Shown here piece by piece: positions 1-10,371 of a stretch of DNA of 64,000 nt. The stretch lies in contig NW_003314283.1 in assembly GCF_000143415.4 (NCBI RefSeq), positions 568,752 through 632,751 of the forward strand, in the 5' to 3' direction. This DNA is from Selaginella moellendorffii (Eukaryota; Plantae; Lycopodiophyta). Under the pieces are notes generated by a model, which worked only from the letters and a program-made list of their open reading frames with translations, did not search any database and was not told where the DNA came from. A program made the translations under genes and the position numbers. Within the stretch, counting starts at the first letter, position 1, and each line of letters begins with the position of its first letter.

Positions 1-25
1 TTTGCTTACTCGAATTTTTCTCTAG

Positions 26-751
26 AGGCCTGCCAAGATTAAGGTCCTGACCGTGGGGAAATCCCCAGACCCTGGCGTCCAAATGCTTCTGGATGGATAT
101 AGTCGGAAGATTCAACGATACTGTGGCTTCCAAGTAGTGCAAGTCCGACCAAATCCAAAAAACTCCAGGCAAGTCTTAACATTCTCTCCAAGTTTTCCAG
201 ATCTTTTTCATTCCCTTGCAGCGATCCAAAGGTCCAGATCGAGGCCGAGAGCGAGAATGCCATGCGAAACATCTCAACCAGCGACTGGGTGGGTACGCGA
301 GAAAAGTTTTGGTTTTTTCCATTTGAAGTTTTGCGCGAGAAAAATCCCCAGGTTGCAGTGCTGGATGAAAATGGTCGAGACGTAACTTCGCTCGAGCTCG
401 CAGACTTAATCGCTGATGCAGCAAACAACGTAAGCTTTGTTTTTCTCCAACTTCTTTTTTTGTTGGTCTTCGAGTTTTCCATTCTTTGTTCTTGGGATCA
501 ATGTCAAAGCAGTGCAGCTCATCGCTACTTTTCTGTATTGGTGGACCATACGGACACGGCTCTCGCGTCAAAACTCGCGCAAATGTGACACTCCGGCTAT
601 CCTCGCTGGTCCTCAATCACCAAGTCGCTCTTATCGTCCTCGTCGAGCAAATTTATAGGTGCGAATCCATTCGATTCTTCGTTTCACGATCTAAGCCTCC
701 CAGCTTTTTAGATCCTGGACGATCCTGAGAGGCGAACATTACCACCACTGA
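26..751 (+). CDS. RlmH/YbeA-like SPOUT RNA methyltransferase, 5' end outside window (multi-exon)
   Basis: Spliced reading IKVLTVGK...YCGFQVVQVRPNPKNS/DPKVQIEAE...DW/VAVLDENGRDVTSLELADLI/...FCIGGPYGHG...LSSLVLNHQVALIVLVEQIYR/SWTILRGEHYHH*, typical RlmH C-terminal motifs; TGA at 749-751; first intron in window is GC-AG (169-221). Confidence 0.9.
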
Positions 752-1224
752 AGAGGAAAAAGTTCCATTTTTCTTTGCTTTCTCGAGCAAATCTAAGCTG
801 GAAGATCCCTCACTAGAGTTTTTTATCTGGAGGAGAAAACTTCAAACGATGACCGTCCGATCGGGGTCTTATAATCGAACGGTGGTAAGCCTAGTGGGGC
901 TTCCTTTATTTTTATTTTCTTCCCCTTGTGTTGGAGAAAGAAGGGCGGAGCGCTCCATGATTCGTCAGACTGGGCGTGGATGGGAGCTGGCGAGATTCTA
1001 GATCGCGTCACAGGTCTCCAGCAGGCGCCAATGATAGCAAAAGCCAGGGTTCTTTGGAGCGATCTCCATTCTCCGCGCGTCTGGAAGAATTTCTTGGATA
1101 ATCTTGCCCGGATTGTCGAGCGGGCACTAGTTTAGTCGTGGTGGCAGGGTGTTTTGGACCGATCCTGTCGCTGCTAATTGATTTGGGAGTGATTCTGGCG
1201 TAGGGGAAGAGATTTTTTACTCCG

Positions 1225-3506
1225 ATGAGGGCTGGATCGCGCAGATTGTGTAAAGCTCTTGCGCAGGCAGCCACCAGAAGGGATTTTTTCTCTAGGGAAG
1301 TTCTCGAGACCAGCGCTCCGGTTTATTGTCAAGGCAGTGAAAGGATTTTCACCCTCCAAAGGAGATTGGCGAGTTCTACTATCGACACAAAGAACAATAA
1401 TCCTGGTAATTAACTCTATTTCTCGTTTTTCCTTTTTAACTTTTAAAGCTCAAACATTCTATCCAGCTTCCAGGCCTCCAACTCTAAAGAGTGGAAATTC
1501 GAGAAGTTTGGAGCTAGAGAGAGCGGGACCTTTGGTCGAGTATGAGAGAAGAATTTCTGCTGGGCACCTTCTCCCCGGAGATAAATATCAGGTACGCTTT
1601 GGAAGCTTTTTTTTTCTTCCTTTCATTCATTTGCCTGTTTGATTTTATTCATGTAGGAGGATGCCTTGCGAGCTCTGCAAGCTCTGTTTGACTTGCTCAA
1701 AAGCACTGCTGCGGAGAGTAGGCTTGATAGAACGAGTGCCGAACAATCTCACGGAAGGTTTTAATACTTTTGGTAGAGAGACCACTTGATTTTCCAGCAA
1801 GCTAATCAGTCTTCTCTCAGAAGCAAGAGCTGGTGGTCTGAGTTGCTGTCTCCAACACCATCCGTGCCATCAGTAAGAGGCCTGTATTTGTATGGCGGCG
1901 TTGGCACCGGCAAGACGATGCTGATGGATATGTTCTACGAGCAATTGTGAGTTTTCTCTTGGTCTCTTGTTTTGTTTAACTTGATGGGTCAACAAGTGTA
2001 GGCCTTCGACGTGGAGAAAGAGGAGGTTACATTTCCACGATTTCATGCTGAATGTTCACAGTCGCTTGCAAGTAAGTCAACGTTTTCTATTTTTCAGTGC
2101 TTCCTTCTCCTTATTTTCTGTCGAAGTAAATGATTTTCTAGAAACTCAAAGGTGTGACTGATCCACTAGAGATGCTCGCTGAGGAGCTTTCGAAAGAGGC
2201 TGTCATTCTTTGCGTGGACGAGTTCATGGTAAGTCAATATCACAAGCTTTTTGCTTTTTATTTGTTGCTGGCAGCCTTTATCAAGCTTTCGCCACGCAGG
2301 TCACTGACGTTGCGGACGCATTAATTCTCAACAGGCTGTTTGGACATCTCTGGAGCAAAGGGATTGTAAGTCTTTCTTTTGTTTCTTTGTCGGCAAGGTT
2401 AATCATGAAAAACTTTATTCAGGTTCTGGTATCCACTTCTAATCGAGCTCCTGACCAATTGTATGAACGGGGCTTGCAAAGGGACTTGTTTTTACCGTTC
2501 ATTGCATCACTAAAAGTAAGTCAACTTTCTCTGAGTGCGTGAGTGAGTGAAACTCCCTGTTCAGGAGCGCTGCGTGGTCCATAAAGTTGGATCCCCTACA
2601 GACTACAGAAAACTCAATGCAGTGAGTATTTTTTCTTGTGTTATTAAGTAGTAGTTATCTGAAAGGGAATTTGTGTATCATTGTGACAAGGTTGAGAAGG
2701 GGCTTTATTTTGTTGGAGAAGGAGCGTCTGAGATGCTCAAGGAAAAGTTCCGCGTTGTAACAAATGGCGAATTTACTGCACCAGCAACTGTTGAAGTTGT
2801 CATGGGACGCAGGCTCAAGGTTTGATACGACTTCTTCGTCTTACATTTCGTGATATATACTTGGTTGTTTCTCAGGTTCCTATCTCCGCTAATGGATGCG
2901 CATATTTTCAATTCTACGAACTTTGTGAGATGCCGTTGGGTGCAGCGGATTATTTCGGTCTATTCAGTACGTGTTTCCGAACTAAGCATGTCGATTCTGT
3001 AGATCCGATCACCTGTGACTGCAGACCATTTTCATACTCTCTTTCTGGAGGGCGTCCCAGTATTTGGATCTCATAATCGGGTCGCGGCTTATAGATTCGT
3101 TACCTTGATAGACGTAAGTTCGTGATGTTCGTCCTTTGCGGATAAACTCAGTATATCTCTCCAGGTTTTGTACGAGAACAAGGCTCGTTTCGTCTGTTCC
3201 GCCGAGGCTCCTCCAAAAGAACTGCTCGAGCGGATTGTCACAATCGCAGACGCTCCGAAGCGTACGTCGTCAAGGTCCGCTCGGAACGACGATGCGGATT
3301 TACTTGTGGATAACGAGCTGGGATTCGCGAAGGAGCGAACTATCAGCAGGTAAATCTTCGCTCTAGCGGCTTGTTTTCCTGTGCTCAACCAGTTGGAACT
3401 TTTCGTGTCAAGGTTGATCGAGATGCAAACCAAGGAATACATTGACGATCACGCAGCGTCTCGTCTTGACGATGATAGCCCAGTGGCTACAGGCACAGAT
3501 TCGTGA
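1225..3506 (+). CDS. AFG1/LACE1/ZapE-family ATPase, with probable organellar transit peptide (many exons)
   Basis: Walker [21 protein letters not shown] (~1880-1940), [12 protein letters not shown], Walker [59 protein letters not shown]; Arg-rich N-terminus; TGA 3504-3506. Confidence 0.92.
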
Positions 3507-3626
3507 TACTCAAATAAAATTCTGTATTTTCGAATATTCTAAAATATGCTAGCATATTTTAGGTCACTGTTTTTAAATTTGAAAATGGCGCCAAATCGGC
3601 AATTTAGGGCAGGATAAACCCTAGCT

Positions 3627-5861
3627 ATGAGGTTCGAGGATCTGGCGCTCAGCGCCGAGACGCTGGCTGTGCTGCGCGGCAATGGCTTCTACGATCTCAC
3701 GCCAGTTCAGGAGCGCATTATCCCGCAGCTCTGCCGCGGCCAAGACGCGCTCGTTTGCGCCGTCACGGGCTCCGGTAAGACGCTTGCGTTTGTCGTCCCC
3801 ATCGTTGAGATCCTTCGCAAGCACTCGGCTTCCTTCCATCCAGGACAGGTTAGTATACTTTTGTGTGTGTTCTATGTACCTCTTCTTCTTTTTCTCATTT
3901 TTCTCGTGTTTATCTATTCATTCCATCTTGTTCTCTTTTCCTTGCGTTAGAACTCTTTGCTTTTCTTCCTCATGGTTTGTAACTTGTGTGAAGGTTGGAG
4001 CGATTGTTGTGGCACCGACCAGAGAATTGGCGTCTCAGATCTTTGATGTGTCGCGGCCCTTCTTTGCAGGCCTAAACGAGTTTGATCCTGTGCTGCTTGT
4101 TGGTGGTGCCGACGTCTCTTTGGATGTTTCCAGCATCGAGAAGTGCCCCCGAGCTAAATTTTTGGTTGGCACTCCTGGCCGCCTGCTGGACATCATGCAG
4201 CGGTGTTCTTCTCACTTGGATTTTTCTTCCTTGAAGGTACTCAAAACTGAGATGACCCTTGGTGCCAAGGTGTTTGAGCTACGCAGGTTTTGATTCTGGA
4301 TGAAGCGGACCGGCTGCTCGAGATGGGACACGATCACCGCGTCTCGGAAATCATCAGTCTGCTTCCTGGACAACGGATAACCGGGCTTTTCTCTGCGACG
4401 GAAACAAAGGAACTTGCGGTGAAAGCTGGTGTCCGGCAGGAATACAGCTTTCAAACGAAAAAACAGACTCCTTCGACACTCAGTGTACAGGTAAGCGTCT
4501 ATTTTATCGATGAGGAGAGCACTAACTCTGACTTCTCGCAGTATCTCATCAGCGATGCTGATGAAAAGTCCTCACAGTTAGCACAATTCCTTCTTGAACA
4601 CAAGTCCAAGAAAACTATTGTGTAGGTTTCTCATGGTTTTATCTGCTAAGCTTACGTTGCTTCGAATATTGACAATATGACAGATACTTTATGACCTGCG
4701 CCTCCGTGGATTACTGGGGAACCGTCCTTCAGAAGGTTGATATCATGAAGAATGTGTCGATCGTGGTGCTACATGGTAAAATGAAACAGGTGATATTTAT
4801 TTGCGTTTGATTTTCGTTTTTACTATGAACTATTGCAGAAATCCCGTGAAAATGCCTTGCAAAGATTCACCGACATGCCATCGGGTGTGCTCTTCTGCAC
4901 TGATGTCGCTGCTCGCGGACTCGATATACCTGGTGTCGACTGGATTGTGCAGGTAAATGCTTTGTGATAAAAGTTTTGAGGCTCGCTTCGTAACACAGTA
5001 ATTTGAGTCATCTTGTCCAGTATGATCCTCCTCAAGATCCAAACACGTTTGTTCATAGAGTCGGGCGTACTGCAAGAATTGGACGCGTTGGCCATTCTGT
5101 TGTGTTCCTTCTTCCAAAGGTACTTGAAACCGTGTGAAGCGTCGAAGGGCTGCTTTGAGTGTCCTTGCAGGAGGATACGTATGTGGGGTTTCTGCGCATA
5201 AGGAACGTTCCCGTCGAAGAGAGAAACAAGCCGGAGGCGATGGATATCATTCCAATGGTTTGCGTGCTGTTTAAAAATGCCATTGCCTGACTTTATGGTG
5301 TTCATCGCAGTTGCGTGCAGCCGCTGAAAGCGATCGAGATGTAATGGAAAAGGGACTGAAAGCATTCGTATCATATTTTCGAGCGTACAAGGAGCACCAC
5401 TGTAACTACATTTTCCAGTACGTAGCGGTCGTTACGTTTCGTCGTGTTTTGATCATTCGATGTTTAGGTGGAAGAAACTGCAGCTTGGCAAGATTGCCAT
5501 GGGCTTTGGTCTCTTGCAGCTACCTTCGATGCCCGAGTTAAAACGAGGCATTTTCACGTCGCAGCATTTTGTCCCCGTCGAGGGTATAGATTTCAGTGCT
5601 ATCAAGTACCGGTACGTGTTCATCGACTTTTTATTCGCCTACTGATCGATCTTTCATCCGTTCAGTGACAAATCGCGGGAGAAGCAGAGGCAGAGGGAGC
5701 TAAAAGCTGCTCCTTCCAGACGAAGCAAGCCTGAGAAAAGTTCCAAACAAGACAAGAAGATCGCTGCTGTGAAGAGGATCCCCGGCAAGAAAAGAAGCTT
5801 GAGAGACATGGAAGAGCTAAGCGAAGATTACCGGCAGTGGAAGAAGCAGCGACAAAAGTGA
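3627..5861 (+). CDS. DEAD-box RNA helicase, DDX55/Spb4/RH18 type
   Basis: Q motif [91 protein letters not shown] and [12 protein letters not shown] (DDX55-type C-terminal extension). Confidence 0.9.
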
Positions 5862-5910
5862 GCTTCCTCACACTTTGCTGAGAACGGCTGGAGGCGCGTC
5901 CAAGCATGAC

Positions 5911-7961
5911 TTAGTGACGAAGCTTTGTATCGACTTTCACTTCCTCCACTTTCGGCCTCTTGGGCGTTGGCTCCCGAGGTTGATCTTCGAGATCTTCTCG
6001 TCCGACCGGTGTTGGGAGACGATCTTCCATTTTCCGGTGGTCTTCGGCATGGTTTCTCGGGCTGATTCTCTCCTGGTTAGATTTAGGCTGCTGCTCATTG
6101 TTCTTGCCAGTGTCTCCTCCCTTGCAGCTCGCGTTCAAGTCGAGATCACACTGACCCGCGCAGGGGCCGTGGAGCTTCGATCGCCATCCTCGAGAGTAGA
6201 GTCTCTTGTACAGGTCTGCCGTCTTTACCATTGGAAGATGCTGCTGCATGCTAACACAATCAACCTGTTTAGCTAGCGCGCGAGCAGAAGCTCGAAATCA
6301 AAAGGCCGGGGAGAACTATTAACCTGAGCGGCCGGAATCCCGTGTACAAGCTGCTCCATCTCCTGCTGGAGCTTGAGAACTTCCGATCTCATGTAAGCCT
6401 CTGTGAGTTCCTCCATGCCGGCACCTTGTCCCACGGCGATGGTGTGCTCTAAACCGTGAATGGTGCTCTCCAGGCTCCTTACCTGATAGAAAAACAAGCT
6501 CTCAAGTCAAGCTGATAAGCTCAAGTTGATCTACCTTTCGACCAGGCCATCGCTTCAACCCAAACTTCCGGCAAGCTTTCTTCAGAGTTGTCTGTGACAC
6601 GCCCAGTTTCTTCGCAGCGTCGACGATGCTAAGGTGGAAGTACGCGGACAAGTCGGAGAGTATGAGATGGTGAGTTCCAACACCCTGGAAAACAACGACC
6701 GTTGCTGGCTGTTAGTTACTCGGCTGTTGCAAGCAAGAAGAAAACAGTCGCGAGTGCTTTTACTTACCACTTTGCTCCGCCGGTTGACGAGGAAGACGAG
6801 CTCCGAGCGTCCCTTGGACGCGTCGTTGGTGTCCGCGCACTGAGGCGAAGGATTGCTCGCATTCGCCGACGACGAAGACGCGTCCTTCTCGTCGGTCTTG
6901 GGCTGCTTGTTGGAGGCTTTCGCGTTGGCAAGCCCGGGCTTTGGACCCGGTCCCGCACGCTGCAAGGAACTCCCAGCGAGTTCGTCCGCGGCTGCCTTGC
7001 CGAGCGGTGGAAAAGCGTCGAAAGGCTGTTGCTGCTGCTGCTGCTGAGAGTTTTGCGCTGGCGTGAAAGCCCGGAGCTGAGCTGCGAGAAACTGAGCCAG
7101 CAACGCGATATTTGGTGCGGGAGCGTTCGCTGGAAACGGCCTAAATGCTGCTGCTGGAGCGTTTGGAATCAGCGGTGCGTTTGAGCTGGGCCTGCTCGCC
7201 GAGGAACTTCTCACGAGAAACTGAGCGAGCTCGGCAGGTGATGGCGTTATCGGATTGCTGTTCATCATCCCAGAAAATCCACCACCACCCGGAGCATAGT
7301 TGCCATTTGGTTTCGCTTGCCTGCAGTCTGCATCGTCGGGACTGTAGTCGCAGCATGGAATCGATATCTTCAAACCTCTGAGCGGGAGTCCGCCGAAGCT
7401 CGGTGGTGACGCCTTCGAGCAGCCTGGCGTGGATTCGTCCGCGGAGGTGGGAGTCATGCTGTAACTCGTTGGAGTTTCGTTCTTTGGAAAGAACGTCTTT
7501 GTTCTCGGGGCCTCTTGTGGAGCGCTGATGGAAGCCAGGCCTTCGTCACCTCCATCCTCTTTCGCTGCGACGCCGCCGGAGGTGATCATCGCTACCAGTT
7601 GCTTCTCCTCCATGCATATGAGAACGTCTTCCAGCGTTGCGTCCACGTCGAGCTCCTCGGGTTCGGAGCCATCCGGCCGCACCAGCTGCAACCTCTGGAT
7701 GCTCTCGCCTTGCGCGATGAACTCCAGCCGCCTCGCGTTTCTCTGCGCAAGTCTTCACCATCATCGCCATCAGCACGCGGAAAGAAACAACAAAACTTAT
7801 ACCTCGATCACCCTCGCAAACTCCTGCAGTGTCTCGTGAACGTGACGCGCGGAACTCCACTGATGCCCATGAACTGAGACTGTGAACTTCACCTTCTCGG
7901 CGGCTTGGCCAGCGGGAGGATGGCGCTGGAATCCTTGGAAAGCACTGCCTGGAGCGGACAT
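5911..7961 (-). CDS. RWP-RK domain transcription factor (RKD/NLP superfamily), atypical architecture
   Basis: Exon ~6535-6683 reads LSDLSAYFHLSIVDAAKKLGVSQTTLKKACRKFGLKRWPGRK/VRSLESTI; proposed ATG 7961 (MSAPGSAFQG...); long S/P/A/Q-rich middle exon; first and last exons less certain. Confidence 0.85.
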
Positions 7962-8316
7962 AGTTCTTGACACCGAAGAAGTTTAGAAGGAAGCACTGCG
8001 AAGGAAATGGATCAAATGGTCTAGCTCGACCACCAAAATGCAAGAGAATTCACGGGGACAGTACCAGAGCATCGAAGCCTTTGCGTGTTTTTTCGGCCGT
8101 TGGCACACCAAGTGGCAGTTATATTGTCCTTTTGGCTGCCCACACTAGTTTTTCCCTTTCCTTTCGACGTTTTCTGCCATGGCGTTTGGCCACCAAACTG
8201 CCATCCTTGGCCACACTCCCTGTTTTACGCTTCGAAAACCTGCCAGGATCAAAACTGTGAAGAAACAAGGATATCATACCCAATTGTCACCCAGCAAAAG
8301 TCGTGTAGCCATGATT

Positions 8317-8808
8317 TCACCAAGTCTTACAAGCACGGAGATTTTCTTCCGAAGTGCTCGAAGCACGATCTTTATTCAAAACAAAAAACACGAAAAGACG
8401 GTAGCAGGATTCAGCTGAATGCCACAAACAAGTTAAAGTGTACCTCGTCAATAGGGCTGACAGCCATCGATCATAGCTCAGGAAATCCTCCCTGCATTCC
8501 TGATCAAAGCCTGCTTGCAGATGTGATACCAGCGATTCCACTTCTTGCAAATTTAACGTACCAACAAGCCGGAGAAATGCAAGCATAGGGCCTTGAGTTT
8601 TGTAAAGGTTCAAGTCAAACGTGACGCCAGGATCATGTCCCAGCCGGTCAGCTCGCAAATTCTCTAGTCGGTGCCACACAACCCTCACATAAATTACAAA
8701 CGGCAGGAGAGGAGAAAGAAGATGGCGAGATAAAAAAAATACACTAGCTATCAATGGATGAAGAAAACTAGAAACAGCTATGGTGTGATGAACTGAGGAG
8801 CTATTCAT
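8317..8808 (-). other. Possible coding exon(s) of unknown protein
   Basis: Open frame RVVWHRLENLRADRLGHDPGVTFDLNLYKTQGPMLAFLRLVG...DRWLSALLT followed by a GT donor; no family recognised. Confidence 0.25.
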
Positions 8809-9027
8809 TGTCGCACAGCACTCCTCCGCGCCAGAGTTTATCCAGTTTATGCTGCTGAAATAATCATTTTAATTCAAATTTAAATGTTGATGATTCACAT
8901 AATTTAATATAATTCTACGTAATCTTATTCCGTTAAGAAAACTTGTTATAACCTTATCAGAAATTAAAACAACTTTCAATGCTATAAGAAGAGAGGTAAA
9001 ATCATTTTATACAATACGAAACTCTCA

Positions 9028-9541
9028 CCTCTCTGCAAGGCGTTCCAGAAACAAGCGATACGTGATCTGTGGAGCAGCTCCAACGAAAACACCACCCACA
9101 AAATGGACAACTCCAACAGGATCTCCTTTGCTCGGTCTTAGAATCCATGCTCCCTGGAGAAGGGAAACAAAATCACCAGTGCTCTCCCCGCGAAAGAAAA
9201 AAAAAAGAAAAGATAGAGCTTACTTGGATTTCTTGCCAGCGTCCAAGAGTTCCTTGTGCTTTCATCGCAGAGTTCACAAAAACCCTGGAAAGAAAGAAGA
9301 ACAAGCATGAAAACGAGGCAATTCATCGAAATTCTTTCACCAGCATACTTCTCGATCTGTCCTTAGAGCTGGAGGCTACCATTCTTTCCTTGCGGCTTCC
9401 CTTGGAACTCGAGGAGCTAGAAAACCTGGGATTGTCTCGTCGCCGGCACCATGACGCTGCCGCGGTCGCGAATCCAGTGCCTGCCCTGGCAGAAGAAGCT
9501 GCGCAGTTGGGAAGGGTCGACAGTAGCCACGACTCTTTCAA
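9028..9541 (-). pseudogene. Truncated DUF1350-family alpha/beta-hydrolase-like gene fragment
   Basis: Two spliced exons give MKAQGTLGRWQEIQ/GAWILRPSKGDPVGVVHFVGGVFVGAAPQITYRLFLERLAER (DUF1350 signature); upstream transit-like exon is out of phase; the expected downstream exons are not visible. Confidence 0.7.
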
Positions 9542-9629
9542 ACACAGAAAACCCTCGAAATATTTCCATTACCAGCGCTGGAGGAGCGGAGCTAGCTCGT
9601 CTAGATCGGCCGCGAGGTCATTCTTCCTA

Positions 9630-10205
9630 GGGTTCTGGAGATCGAGCAAAGAGGAGGAGGAAGAGGAGCTGCGCAGCTGCGTCGTGGATTATAGCTCTCT
9701 CACTCCATCCGCTGCTAGGCCAATCGATCGCCAGGTAGAAGAAGGCGCCGCCGACGATCATCACCTCAAGCTCTACCATGTTCGCCTCCAAGATCAGCTC
9801 CAGGAATTCCTGGACAAGACACTGGAGATTATCCGCGTGGAGGAGGAGCCAGATCCTGCTCCAGTGGCTGCTCCATCCCAGGAAGAAGACGATGGATTCC
9901 ATCTCTTTGGGAAAGCTCCGGCTGGGATAACAATGATAGAGAGAGTCAGGGATGGATCTCTAGAGCACAGGGCTAGTGGCAAACGCTACATTCACAGTAC
10001 AAGGGGGTGGTTTTCTAGTGGCAAGAACTCGTTAGAGAATGTAGTGATCGATGCTGAGAGTGTGAGAGTAGAGGCGGAGAAGGCGAGAGAGAAGGCTCTG
10101 GCAGCATGGAAGGATAGAATTTCTAGAAAGGAAGAAGCCATTGCTAGAGAGAACTCGAGGGTGGCGGCACTGAAACAAGTCAGGGGTGAGAAGTGGATTT
10201 GCTAG
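9630..10205 (+). pseudogene. CUSTOS (C12orf43)-like protein, no evident in-frame ATG near its N-terminus
   Basis: EEEEELRSCVVD...KLYHVRLQDQLQEFLDKTLEII...EEDDGFHLF...RVAALKQVRGEKW resembles plant CUSTOS-like proteins; may be intact with an unseen first exon or decayed. Confidence 0.45.
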
Positions 10206-10371
10206 CTCAATTCATGTTCTTCATCAGAGAGAGAGAAGCCTTCTCGAAGGAGCAGCGATCGAGTTCACTAATGTAAGTTATTGATTTTTGACAATCCTGG
10301 GAGAAACTATTTCTTTCTCGTTTTCCTTGTGCTAAGCATGACACGATGCGAACTTACAGGTTCTCAGATTT

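Noticed and set aside
26-3506. Bacterial origin or contamination suggested by RlmH- and ZapE-like genes
   Set aside because: Both have many spliceosomal introns and are standard plant organelle-related families
9069-9629. N-terminal half of the 378-aa ORF
   Set aside because: Starts at GTG and is the antisense shadow of the DUF1350 exons and introns
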